Part shown: one piece after another, positions 11,961 to 24,988 of the stretch
Numbering within the stretch: the stretch's first letter is position 1
Layout of the letters: each line of letters begins with the position of its first letter
Source: Eledone cirrhosa
Taxonomy: Eukaryota
DNA length: 64,000 bases
NCBI GenBank assembly: GCA_964016885.1
Contig: OZ024743.1
Span: 254,448,001 to 254,512,000 of the forward strand
Direction: 5' to 3'
Notes under the pieces: model-generated
The model's input: only the letters and a program-made list of their open reading frames with translations
Told to the model about the DNA's origin: nothing
Database searches by the model: none
Program-made: the position numbers and the translations under genes

Positions 11961-14099
11961 TTGGACCTAAAAAAGTCTAAAAAAATCCATGTCCACTCGG
12001 ACAAAACTGGTAACTTGTATCATATGGATATTGAACATTATAATGAGTTCATATATAAAGAACTCAGAAAAAATTATAAAAAATCTAATAATGTGTCACT
12101 CACCAACATCAACAACAAAACACACAACATAGTAAAAAAACTAAACATTGAAGATAGAACTGAACCTTTGGCATTGAAAAGACCACACTTCAACCTGAAG
12201 GATCACAAATCTAACTTTAACTCAAATCCTTCTATTAGACTTATATGTCCCTCCAAATCAGATATTGGAATAATTAGCAAAAAAATTTTAGATAGAGTCA
12301 TCCCACAAATAAGAAAACACGTTATTTTACCACTCTGGGAAAACACCTCCCAGGTAATTAACTGGTTTAAAAATATTAGGTGTAAATCTTCTGCTTCATT
12401 CCTACAATTTGATATAGATAATTACTATTCTTCTATATCACCTATACTCCTGAACAAAGCATTGATATTTGCTAAAAATAGATCTAACTTAACTTTGGAT
12501 GACATTAATATTATTACACATGCTAGAATAACACTTATTGAATTTCAGAATGAATACTGGACCAGAAACACATATAGTAATCTTTTTGATATTACTATGG
12601 GTTCAAGCGATTCCGCCCAAATTACTGATCTTGTGGGCCTCTTTCTCCTTTTCAACATAAATGCCTCTTTTCCCCACCTCAAAGGTGGTTTATATCGTGA
12701 TGACTGTCTTCTTCTTTCTAACAACCTTAGCCTTTCAGAAATTGAAAAAAACAAAAAACATATTAGAACTTTCCTTAAAGACTATTATAATCTTAATATT
12801 ACTTTTGAAAAAACAAGTAAAGTAGTAAATTTCCTAGATATAACTTTAGATTTAGCTACGGGTATCTACCAACCTTACCATAAACCTAACCAAAACTTAC
12901 ATTACATACACTCACAATCTAATCACCCTAAATCTATCCTTAAAAACCTTGCATATAATATATCACTTAGAATTTCTAACCTTTCTTCTAACCAAGATGT
13001 ATTTGATAAAAATGCGACCTTCTATAACGAAGCTCTAGATAGAAGTGGCCACAAAAATAGATTAGAGTATATACCTTCTACTAAAAATACTGAAAGCATA
13101 CAACATAATATTACCAACAAACACCAAATGAAAAGTACACACCTAAATACCACCCACACTATACCCCAAAATACCAAATCTTCTAATATAAAGTATAGTA
13201 ACTCTCAAAAAACTACTCATCATACAACTCTAATAAATATTAATAATAAAACTCCTAATAAAAAGGATAAAACACCTAAATCTACAAATATAACTAAAAA
13301 TAGTTGTGGTGAGATCATTAACATTAATCCTCCTAGTAAAAATCACGATACAACCTATAAAAATAATAAAAATAATAAACAACATAGAAACCGTAATAGA
13401 CGGGTTACTTGGTATAATGCTCCTTTTAATTTACAAGTTAAGGATAATATTGCTAAAAAATTTTTTTATATCCTTGAGAAAAACTTCCCGCCAAACCACA
13501 AATACCATCAAATCTTAAATAGGTCTACAGTTAAATTCTCATACTCTACAACAAATAACATAAAACAAAATATAAGTGCCTATAATGCATATAAATGTAA
13601 GAAAACCATAAGTATACCACCAGTACATCAAATTAACCATAATATCTCCTCAAATACAGAATTAACGAAAGGATGTAACTGTAGAAACAAAGCAAACTGC
13701 CCATTAAAAGGGAATTGTCTTGTTAACAACATAGTCTATAAATGTAATGTTAAAACTAAAGATTCTATTTGCTCATATATAGGAGCTACCTCTAACAATT
13801 TTAAGACAGGGTTTAATACCCACAAGCATAGTTTTAAAAATGCCGCACTGGCTAATACAACATCTCTAGCAGAAAAAATCAATAGTTATAAAAATAAGAA
13901 TATAGAATATGATTTGACCTGGAGTGTGCTCAAAAGAGCCACCCCTTATCAAAATAATAGAAATGAATGTAGATTATGTTCCCAAGAACTATTTGAAATA
14001 ATGAAGTCTAAGGATATCTTATTAAATAAACGACAGGAATTAATTATATCGTGTAATCATAAACTAAAAAAAACATTTAAATATTATAAACCTAATTAA
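11961..14099 (+). CDS. Penelope-like reverse transcriptase + C-terminal GIY-YIG endonuclease (Naiad-type), N-terminally truncated
   Basis: SDKTGNLY, LKDHK.NF, FLQFDIDNYYSSI, FDITMGSSDSA, GLYRDD, VNFLDITL, SNHP, WYNAPF, CNCR..NCPL.G.CL...IVY, YIGAT, C.LC..E, LLNKRQE. No internal stops. Confidence 0.93.
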   Translation: MDLKKSKKIHVHSDKTGNLYHMDIEHYNEFIYKELRKNYKKSNNVSLTNINNKTHNIVKKLNIEDRTEPLALKRPHFNLKDHKSNFNSNPSIRLICPSKSDIGIISKKILDRVIPQIRKHVILPLWENTSQVINWFKNIRCKSSASFLQFDIDNYYSSISPILLNKALIFAKNRSNLTLDDINIITHARITLIEFQNEYWTRNTYSNLFDITMGSSDSAQITDLVGLFLLFNINASFPHLKGGLYRDDCLLLSNNLSLSEIEKNKKHIRTFLKDYYNLNITFEKTSKVVNFLDITLDLATGIYQPYHKPNQNLHYIHSQSNHPKSILKNLAYNISLRISNLSSNQDVFDKNATFYNEALDRSGHKNRLEYIPSTKNTESIQHNITNKHQMKSTHLNTTHTIPQNTKSSNIKYSNSQKTTHHTTLININNKTPNKKDKTPKSTNITKNSCGEIININPPSKNHDTTYKNNKNNKQHRNRNRRVTWYNAPFNLQVKDNIAKKFFYILEKNFPPNHKYHQILNRSTVKFSYSTTNNIKQNISAYNAYKCKKTISIPPVHQINHNISSNTELTKGCNCRNKANCPLKGNCLVNNIVYKCNVKTKDSICSYIGATSNNFKTGFNTHKHSFKNAALANTTSLAEKINSYKNKNIEYDLTWSVLKRATPYQNNRNECRLCSQELFEIMKSKDILLNKRQELIISCNHKLKKTFKYYKPN

Positions 14100-14819
14100 T
14101 AACATTATTTTAGAAATTAATTTAATTTAAATGTTATTTAACCTATAAATTTAATTTAATTAAAATTTTATTACAGATGAGAATATAAAATATTATGTAA
14201 TCATAAATTGTGAAAAACCTTTAAATATTACTAATATATACTTAGTAATTTAATTTATAGATTAATTTTAATTTATTTAAACCTTTTATTATAATTTTTT
14301 TTTTTATTATAATTCTTTTACAGATAAAATATAACAAAATAATATCGTGTATCCAATGACAGAGAAATCATTTTTAGTATTATAGACCTAATTAATATAC
14401 ATTTTAGAAATATATTTATAATTTGGTTTTAATTTTAATCAACCTAAAAATTTAATTTTAATTTGCTTAAAATTAGTATCCTTATACAGACGAATTGCAG
14501 AAAGTCATGTAATCATAGAATGGGATGTGTTTTGGATATATACCTAGTTAATATATTGTTTATTGTTTATTGTATTTCCTAACACTGAAACTATGTAAAA
14601 ACATACATTGGATCAAGATACGGAAAATATTCTATGTTTCTTGAAACATATATTTACTATGATCCCCTTCTCCAAACCCCCCCTTTCCCCCATACTATTA
14701 TCATCTGTATTTGTAAGCGTGTATGTATGAATATATATGTAGGTAGGTGTCTATATAGGTTTGGGTATTTATATCTGAATATAAAAATACATATATGCGC
14801 ATGCAAATATGAATGTAAG

Positions 14820-14919
14820 ATTGTGTGTGTATATATGAGTGTGTGTATGTATGTATATATGTGTATATATGCATGTATATATGTATGTGTATGTGAATGT
14901 GTGTATGTATATGTGTATG

Positions 14920-14964
<45 letters not shown>

Positions 14965-15217
14965 ATATAGAAATATATATATATATATATATATATGTAT
15001 ATGTATATGTGTGTGTATGTATGTGTGTGTATGTGTGTTGTATATATATGTATGTCTCTCTATTTATATGTCTATCTTCGTATCTATGTGATATATGTGT
15101 GTGTGTGTGCATGTATGCACATATATGTGTTTATGTGTATATATGTGTATGTGTGTATATATGTGTGTGTGCACACACATATATATCTGAGTGTGTATAT
15201 GTGTCTGTGTATATGTA

Positions 15218-15260
<43 letters not shown>

Positions 15261-15318
15261 GTGTCTATGTGTGATTATATGTCTATATTCGTATGTGTGT
15301 ATATATGTATGTATATGT

Positions 15319-15388
<70 letters not shown>

Positions 15389-15625
15389 TTTTTATTATTA
15401 TAATATAACTTATGTGTATGTGTGTATATGTGAGGTTGTGTATGTGTATATAATATGTGTATATATAAGTGTAAAAAAATATATATATATGTGCATGTCT
15501 GTTTTTTATGTGTGTGTATATATATATATATATATACGTGTGTATATATATATATATGTGGGTGTTTGTATGTGTATTTATGGTGGTATGTGTGTGTGGG
15601 TATCTATATATATATATATATGAAT

Positions 15626-15687
<62 letters not shown>

Positions 15688-16034
15688 ATATATGTCTCTA
15701 TTAATGCGTGTATATATGTATATACATATGCCTTTTTATTTTTATTTGTATGTCTGAGTTAGGTGAGGTTGTAGTGGTGTTTTTATGTATATACGCATAT
15801 ATGGATGCGTATGTATTTGTATATATGAGTATAAGTAAGTGCATATGTGTGTATGATTATATATCTAATTCTATGTATGAATATACATGTATATATATGT
15901 GTGTATGTAAGTTGTGTGTGTATGTATGTATATGTCTATGTGTGTATATATATATGTATGTATATCGATGTACGTGTATGTATGTACATGTATGTCTATG
16001 TATGTGTGTATGTATGTGTATGTATATATATATG

Positions 16035-16092
<58 letters not shown>

Positions 16093-16370
16093 TATCTTTA
16101 TTATTTATTTTTTTTATATATATGTGTATGTGTGTATGTGTTGTGTGTGTGTGTGTGTATATATATATCTTTATATATGTGTATGTGTATGTTCGTGTAG
16201 GTGTTTGTGTGTGTATGACTTTATATATATGTGTGTATGTGTGTATGCGTATATATTTCTATGTGTGTGTACATGTATGTATGTGTGTGTATGTGTATGT
16301 GTGTGTATGTGTATATGTATGTGTATATATATATATATATATATGTTATATATATATATGTATATATATA

Positions 16371-16406
<36 letters not shown>

Positions 16407-16719
16407 TATGTTTTTCTATTTGTATATGTATGTGTGTATAGTTATATACCTTTCTCTTTGTATTTCTAAGTTGTGTGATAGTGTAGTGGTGTTTGTATGT
16501 ATATACCGATATATAGATGCGTAAGTATTTGTCTGTATGTATATATGTAAGTCTGTATATATTTGTGTGTATATATAGCTATGTATGTGTATATCTGTAT
16601 GTATATTAGTATGTAAGTGTTGTATAAGTGCATGTATGTGTGTGGTTATATATATGTGTGTCTATATAGTATGTGTGATTATATGTATATGTGTGTGTAT
16701 ATGTACGTGTATATACATA

Positions 16720-16780
<61 letters not shown>

Positions 16781-17165
16781 ATTTGTATGTATATGTGTAT
16801 ATGTATGTATGTGTGTATATGTATATGTTTATATATGTGTGTGTATGTATGTTCTTAGTGTGGATGTGTGTATATGTATGTATGTGTTTGTATATGTGTG
16901 AATATTTATGTATGTGTGTGTGTGTGTCTATGTGTATATATATGTATATTATATATATATGTGTGTGTATATATATATATATATATATGTATGTGTATAT
17001 ATATGTATATATATATATATATATATATTTTCTTGATATATTTCTTTTTTCTTTTTTCTTTTTTCTTTTTTCTTTTTTCTTTCTATTCTTTCCTCTTTAA
17101 TGTTTATTTATTATTTTTTATTTTTTTATTTTTTTATTTTTTTATTTTTTTATTTTTTTATTTTC
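14820..17165 (+). repeat. Compound (TA)/(TG) microsatellite block inside the Naiad-1 3' region (mirror ~6325-8640)
   Basis: Same interruption pattern in both arms; mainly run lengths differ. Confidence 0.9.
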
Positions 17166-17714
17166 TTAGTTTATAGATACATCTATATTAGGCAGTCTGC
17201 TCAGACCGTTGAATACTGACCTCTCCCCCCCCTCCCACCTAATGTCTGTATCTTGATCTAAAAATGTGTGTGCCAGTGTTTTATGTGAGTGAATTAATAT
17301 CCATGTGCTTATGATTTTATATCCACATATATAAATGTGAGTGGGGGTGTGTGTGTGTTTGTATGTTCGTGGTTATGTGTATATTTATGCATATACGCGC
17401 GTGTATGTGTGATTGTACGGATATGTGTGAGTATGAAAAAATATATTTATATACTTAATTTCATACTTGTGTCAATACGCATCTTATCTGTGCATTATAA
17501 ACTTACAGAGACATTAACCTTGAAATTTTGTATTTGCATCCATCCTTTTAGTATGCGTATGCAAATTATACATACATTTTTGTAAAATATGTGTGGGGGT
17601 TTTGCATGTATATACACACACCGAACTGCATTTAACCCTTTGTGTTTTCATTGGTCAATTTTGTTCCCAAACGGACCTGAAATTTTGAATTGTTGTTATT
17701 ATCAATAAATATAC

Positions 17715-17868
17715 TTCATTATTTCTGAAGACGGCGTATATATGTGTTGGTATGTATATTTAATCTTGATAATTTGTATAATTTTGTATAATTTTGTACA
17801 TAGATCTGTTGAATATGCATACCAATTCTAACACATATATATCCTAGAAACGATCGTTAAATAATGAA
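17715..17868 (+). ncRNA. Type I hammerhead with extended stem II (Naiad-1 terminus)
   Basis: 10-bp stem I TTCATTATTT/AAATAATGAA; CTGAAGA 17725-17731; stem II includes TATATATGTGTT/AACACATATATA; GAAA 17847-17850; palindromic ACGATCGT; GUU site. Confidence 0.82.
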
Positions 17869-17940
17869 CTTTTTTTGTTTAATATAAGGAATTGTTTATT
17901 CATTATTTGTTTAATATTTTATATATATATATATATATAT

Positions 17941-18247
17941 AGTTTAGCGAGGTTTTTTATATGAAATCGTGTGTCGAAACAGATATTGTTATATTTGGGG
18001 AGGGTCATATTTGCGTAATATTGCCAGAATTAATAACAGAACACACTCACTGTTTGGTTGGTTTTCGCTTCTCGCTGTCTTTTATATCTGCGATCTAACT
18101 TACTCGGTCCTCAATGTTGCCATTGACTGACCGAGTAAGTTAGATCGCAGATATAAAAGACAGCGAGAAGCGAAAACCAACCAAACAGTGAGTGTGTTCT
18201 GTTATTAATTCTGGCAATATTACGCAAATATGACCCTCCCCAAATAT

Positions 18248-18255
<8 letters not shown>
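17941..18255. mobile_element. Fold-back remnant of the family F PLE terminus
   Basis: ~17983-18108 is inverted at 18130-18255. Same sequence as 26874-27020, 29468-29680 and 32915-33065. Confidence 0.85.
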
Positions 18256-18290
<35 letters not shown>

Positions 18291-18295
18291 CATAA

Positions 18296-18368
<73 letters not shown>

Positions 18369-18572
18369 CATACATACATATGAATATATATATATATATA
18401 TATATATAATGAATTAGTATATCTACTAACATATATATACAGATGCATACCTATGCCAGCAAATATATAGGTTTTGTCTTAGTAACTTTGTGATTCAATG
18501 CATGGGGATGCAGAACAATAATATGAAAGACATAAAATAAGAAAATTATAGAAATTAACTTACTAAAATTTC

Positions 18573-18623
18573 ACTCCAACTAATTAGTTTCTGAAAGGGA
18601 GAGCCTTTCGTCATCAGGGAAGT
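18573..18623 (-). ncRNA. Hammerhead family D, compact stem II
   Basis: ACTTCC-CTGATGA-cGAAAGG ctctc CCTTTCa-GAAA-CTAATTAG-TT-GGAGT. Confidence 0.82.
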
Positions 18624-18992
18624 CTATTCTCAACTAAGTTTCCAGGCAATACGTGGACACAGGGAACTTATACAAAAATAATTCAGTGGATGGAAAAAAG
18701 CAAAGCGTGGACTAAGTTCCAAGCCATTGAAAAAATCACTGCCTACTGCGTCGGTGGCAAATTCAAAAGAATCAATCACGTGACATCAAGGTTAATCAGT
18801 GAGGAGTGGTTTGTTAAGAAGACAGCAGCCGAACCGTTACTATGAATTATAGTAGCAGTTTTGGCCAATTTTGGCTCAACAAAATATTTGGAGATAATTA
18901 TAAAGAATTAGTATATCTACTAACATATATATACAGATGCATACCTATGCCAGTAAATATATAGGTTTTGTCTTAGTAATAGCTGAGAATAG

Positions 18993-19073
18993 ACTTCCCT
19001 GATGACGAAAGGCTTCTCCGTAGTTTCTTCGGAAACTATGTTTATTCCCTTTCAGAAACTAATTAGTTGGAGT
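18993..19073 (+). ncRNA. Hammerhead family D, stem II extended by a UUCG-capped hairpin
   Basis: CTGATGA 18999-19005; GAAAGG/CCTTTC; inner TAGTTTC ttcg GAAACTA; GAAA 19055-19058; palindrome ACTAATTAGT. Confidence 0.85.
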
Positions 19074-19115
19074 GAAATTTTTGTAAGTTAATTTCTATAA
19101 TTTTCTTATTTTACG

Positions 19116-19195
<80 letters not shown>

Positions 19196-19256
19196 GAATA
19201 TATATATATATATATATATACATATATACATACATATGAATATATATCTATATATC

Positions 19257-19287
<31 letters not shown>

Positions 19288-19295
19288 ATGTGTGT

Positions 19296-21051
19296 GTAGA
19301 TAAATCTACCAAAATATACGGTAGTGTCCAATCCGTATGAAGAACTCAATGTAATCCAAATATCATGAAAAGAGAAGATGCATTCAAAAATTTTCGATGA
19401 AAATCACAGGAAAACAGAGTCAAGATAAATTAATAGAAACAATGAATAAAAACAAAGAACAAGTTCCTTATATTAAAAAATTCATCATGTTACGATCGTT
19501 TCTAGGATATATATGTGTGTTGGTATGTATATCATATAGATCTATGTAAAATATTACAAACGATCAGAGGAAATATACATACCTTCACATATATATGCTG
19601 TCTTCAGAAATAAATGTTTCTACTTTAGGCACAAGGCCAGCATTTACCCAGTACATTAATGGTACTTTATTTTATCGACCCCGTAAGGATGAAAGGCAAA
19701 GTTAACCTCGGCGGGATTTGAACTCAGACTGTAAAGGGACGTAACTATGCTAGAAAGCATGGCGTCCGACCCTCGACCGATGATATTAGTTTGTTGAAAA
19801 AAAAACCAACAAAGATTTAATATAATAGGTCTGTTTGGCAACAGGTTTTGAATTGATCAATAGAAAAGTAGTAAGAGGTCAAGTTGTTAGAATAGTAGTA
19901 GTAGAAATTTAATTTAGGGGTAGAGGAATGCAGACTTAAGTTTTGAATGGAAAGAATACTTTCAATGAAAACAATACTTTGGGGATGAAAAGAGGTCAAG
20001 CTGGTGAAAGGGTACAGGAAAATTTGATGTTATTAAAGAATAATGTTAATGTTAAAACCAAAGGATAGTAACAGTTTTGGGTAAAGGTATTAGTGAGAAA
20101 TACGAATCTTATTTAAAACACAAGGAATTTAGATCTATAACAAGAAATTAAATTAATTGATAGGTATACTTATAGGGATAAATTTATATTAATTCATATG
20201 GATGTGATAAATAAGAATTAGATGTTATTAAAGAATGTTGTTAAAAAGGAAGGAAAATAAAATGTTGGGATAAGTGTAGAAGTGAGAAATACCAATCTTA
20301 TATAGACTAAAAAGAATCTAGATTCATAACAGGAAATTAAATTAATTTATATGTATACATTTAGGTATTGATTTTAGGAAAAGAGAGCTGTAAGAGGGAA
20401 ATAAAATTATAAAGTTCTCTGTAGTAAAGTACTAATTATAGGTTAACTAAATTTAAAAAAACAATTATAATAATATGTAAAATATAAATGTAAGGTGTAT
20501 ATTAATTAGGTTTATAATATTTGAAAGTTCTTCTAATTCTATGATTGCAAGATATAATTAATCAGGTCAGGTTGTAATCGATATTCTTTTTTCTATAATT
20601 ATTAATTGTTTCAGCCAAGGATGTTGTATTAGCTAATGCGGCATTTTTAAAACTATGTTTGTGGGTATTAAATCTTACTTTAAATTGGTTAGACGTAGCT
20701 TCTATATATGAATAAGTTGAGTCCTTAGTGCTAATTTTACATTTATATACTATGTTATTAATAAGAGAATTTCCCTTTAATGGGCAATTTCTTTTGTTTC
20801 TACAGTTACAACCATTTGTTAATATTATATCAGGGGAGTTAGTCAAATTTGGTGTGGAATTTACTCGACTTGTTATATGTGAAGGAGATGGTGGTTTGTT
20901 GCGGTTTATTTTAGTATTATGATTGGTGGTATATTCGTGTTTTTGTTACATTTATATGCATTGTACGCACTTATATTTTGTTGTATATTTTTGGTAGTGG
21001 AGTAGGAACATTTGACAGTTGATCTATTAAAATTTCATGGTATTTATGGTT
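19296..21051 (-). mobile_element. Naiad-1 sister subfamily, inverted arm (GIY-YIG remnant + 3' region + HHR 19484-19613)
   Basis: ORF 20562-20846 CNCRNKRNCPLKG..IVYKC. Diverged reverse complement of ~21845-23544. Confidence 0.88.
19615..19782 (-). mobile_element. tRNA-derived SINE nested in the PLE arm
   Basis: GGTACTTTATTTTATCGACCCCGTAAGGATGAAAGGCAAAGTTAACCTCGGCGGGATTTGAACTC. Absent from the other arm; second copy at 37277-37452. Confidence 0.85.
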
Positions 21052-23544
21052 CTTTCCACTAACCTTAGCCTATCAGAAATTGAAAATATAAAAAACTTAG
21101 AACTTTCCTCAAAGACTATTATAGTCTCACTATTACATTTGAAAACACCAGTAAAATAGTTAATTTCCTAGATATAACTTTAGACTCATCTACGGGTATC
21201 TACCAACCTTACCAGAAACCTAACCAAGACTTATATTACATACACTCACAATCCAATCACCCTAGATCTATCCTTAAAAACCTAGCATATAATATCTCAC
21301 TCAGAATCTCTAACCTCTCATCTAACCAGGATGTATTCGATAAAAATGCGCCCTTTTATAACGAAGCTTTAGCTAGTAGAGGCCACAAAAACAAATTAGT
21401 CTATATGCCTTGCACCAATAATACTTCAAACATACAACCCAATATTACCAACAAACACCAAATGAAAAACACACACCTAAATACCATCCACACTACACCC
21501 CAAAATACCAACCTAAAACTTAATTTCTCTACCTCTTCTCACATAAAATATAATAACTTTCAAAAAACCATTCATCCTAATACTCCCGTATACGTTAATA
21601 ACATTACTAACAAAATTCCTAATAATCAGACTAAAACACCTAAATCAGTTAATCTACCTAAACCTATATATAATAAATTCACTAATACTAACACTCTTAG
21701 TAAACATCCTGATACATTGTATAAATATTAAAAAAAAGAAACCGTAATAGACGAGTTACTTGGTATAATGCTCCATTTAATCTACAAATTAAAGAAAATA
21801 TCCCGAAATATTTTTTTACTATCCTAGAGAAAAAATTCCCGCCAAACCATAAATACCATCAAATTTTAAATAGATCAACTGTCAAATTTTGCTACTCCAC
21901 TACCAAAAATATACAACAAAATATAAGTGCGTACAATGCATATAACTGTAAAAGAAAACACGAATATACCACCAACACATCAAACCAACCATAATACTAA
22001 AATAAACCGCAACAAACCACCATCTCCTTCAAATATAACAAGTCGAGTAAATTCCACACCAAATTTGACTTACTCCCTTGATATAATATTCACGAATGGT
22101 TATAACTGTAGAAACAAAAGAAATTCTCCATTAAAGGGAAATTGTCTTATTAATAACATAGTATATAAATGTAAAATTAGCACTAAGGACTCAACTTATT
22201 CATATATAGGAGCTACGTCTAACCAATTTAAAGTAAGATTTAATACCCACAAACATAGTTTTAAAAAGGCCGCATTAGCTAATACAACATCCTTGGCTGA
22301 AACAATAAATAATTGTAGAAAAAATAATATCGATTACAACTGACATGGAGTGTGCTCAAAAGAGCCACCCTTTATCAAAATAACAGATATGAGTGTAGAT
22401 TGTGCTCCCAGGAGCTTTTTGAAATAATGAAATCTAAGGATATCATATTAAATAAGCGACAAGAATTAATTATATCTTGCAATCATAGAATTAGAACTTT
22501 CAAATATTATAAACCTAATTAATAAACACCTTACACTTATATTTTACATATTATTATAATTAGTTTTTTAAATTTAGTTAACCTATAATTAGTACTTTAC
22601 TACACAGAACTTCATAATTTTATTTCCCTCTTACAGCTCTCTTTTCCTAAAATTAATACCTAAAAGTATACATATAAATTAATTTAATTTCCTGTTATGA
22701 ATCTAGATTCCTTGTAGTCTATATAAGATTGGTATTTCTCACTACTACACTTATCCCAACATTTTATTTTCCTTCGTTTTTAACAACATTCTTTAATATC
22801 ATCTAATTCTTATTTATCACATCCATATGAATTAATATAAATTTATCCCTATAAGTATACCTATCAATTAATTTAATTTCTTGTTATAGATCTAAATTCC
22901 TTGTGTTTTAAATAAGATTCGTATTTCTCACTAATACCTTTACCCAAAACTCTTACTCTCCTTCGGTTTTAACATTAACATTATTCTTTAATAACATCAA
23001 ATTTTCCTGTGCCCTTCACCAGCTTGACCTCTTTTCATCCCCAAAGTATTGTTTTCATTGAAAGTATTCTTTCCATTCAAAACTTAAGTCTGCATTCCTC
23101 TACCCCTAAATTAAATTTCTACTACTACTATTCTATCAACTTGACCTCTTACTACTTTTTTATTGATGTCCAAAATAGACCTATTATATTAAAACTTTGT
23201 TGGGTTTTTATCAATAAACCAATATTATTTCTGAAAACAGCATATATATGTGAACCTATGTATATTTCTTCTCATATTTTGTAATTTTTTACATAGATCT
23301 ATATGGTATACGTACCAACACATATATATATATCCTAGAAACGATCGTAACATGATGAATGTTTTAATGTAAGGAACTTGTTATTTGTTTTCATTCATTG
23401 TTTCTATTAATTTATCTTGACTCTTTTTTCCTGTGATTTTCATCGAAAATTTTTGAATGCATCTTCTCTTCTCTTTTCATGATATTTGGACTACATTGAG
23501 GTCTTCATACGGATTGGACACTACCGTATATTTTGGTAGATTTA
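21052..23544 (+). pseudogene. Naiad-1 sister subfamily, 5'-truncated and frameshifted RT-thumb/GIY-YIG + 3' region with mutated HHR (23224-23356, CTGAAAA)
   Basis: VNFLDITLD, SNHP, WYNAPF and YIGATS are spread over several frames. Confidence 0.88.
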
Positions 23545-23582
23545 ACCACATATATATATATATATATATTCATATGTATGTA

Positions 23583-23627
<45 letters not shown>

Positions 23628-23726
23628 TTTCATATGTATGTATATATGTATTATATATATATATATATTCATATGTATGTATATATGAATTATATATATA
23701 TATATATTTATATGTATGTATATATG

Positions 23727-23758
<32 letters not shown>

Positions 23759-24238
23759 TATTCATATGTATGTATATATATATATATTATCATATGTATG
23801 TATATATATGTATATATATATATATATTCATATGTATGTATATATTTGTATATATTCATATGTATGTATATATATATTATCATATGTATATATATATATA
23901 TATTCATATGTATGTATATTTATATATTCATATGTATGTATGTATGTATATATATATATTCATAAGTATGTATGTATATATATATATATTCATATGTATG
24001 TATGTATTTTTATATATATTCATATGTATATATATATATATTTATATGTATGTATATATATATTTATATTCATATGTATGTATATATATATATATATTTA
24101 TATGTATGTATATATATATATATATTCATATGTATGTATATATATATTCATATGTATGTAAATATATATATTCATGTGTATATATATATTCATATGTATG
24201 TATATATATATATATATATTTATATGTATATATATAAA

Positions 24239-24347
<109 letters not shown>

Positions 24348-24352
24348 GTATG

Positions 24353-24383
<31 letters not shown>

Positions 24384-24477
24384 TCATATGTATGTATATA
24401 TATATTCATATGTATGTATATATATATATATATATATATGAAATATAAGAATCAAAGAACTGTTCAAAACATTATTG

Positions 24478-24524
24478 TGCTTACAGCTGTTTCCTCCAAA
24501 CCGAGGTTTGGATTCTTCGGAGCA
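24478..24524 (-). ncRNA. Hammerhead-like family E with CCGAAGA core (insert 24439-24547)
   Basis: TGCT-CCGAAGA-aTCCAAAC ctcg GTTTGGAg-GAAA-CAGCTG-TA-AGCA. Confidence 0.68.
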
Positions 24525-24681
24525 ATTTATTAATGAATGGAGAGTTATATATATATATTCATATGTATGTATACATATATGTATATATTCATATGTATGT
24601 ATACATATATATATATATTCATATGTATGTATATATATATATATATTCATATGTATGTATATATATATATATATTCATATG

Positions 24682-24712
<31 letters not shown>

Positions 24713-24775
24713 TCATATGTATATATATATATATATTCATATGTATGTATATATATATATATATATATTCATATG

Positions 24776-24827
<52 letters not shown>

Positions 24828-24831
24828 TATG

Positions 24832-24951
<120 letters not shown>

Positions 24952-24988
24952 TATGTATGTATATATATATATAAATATATATTCATAT

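Larger units (their letters stand above)
11957..17922 (+). mobile_element. Naiad-type PLE (Naiad-1), 5'-truncated right arm
   Basis: ORF, then ~3.8 kb 3' region with internal microsatellites and an HHR, ending in (TA)n. Confidence 0.92.
18407..19121. mobile_element. Family D ORF-less unit: ~1.15 tandem copies (period 494 bp, - strand) plus an inverted piece 18981-19121
   Basis: GAATTAGTATATCTACTAAC at 18411 and 18905. Homologous to 43812-44725 and 52969-53199. Confidence 0.8.

Noticed and set aside
21052-22522. Selenocysteine (in-frame TGA) Naiad, as known for some Naiads
   Set aside because: The TGA at 22341 results from a 1-nt deletion relative to the other arm. The intact Naiad ORFs use Cys codons with no in-frame TGA, and no SECIS was recognised.
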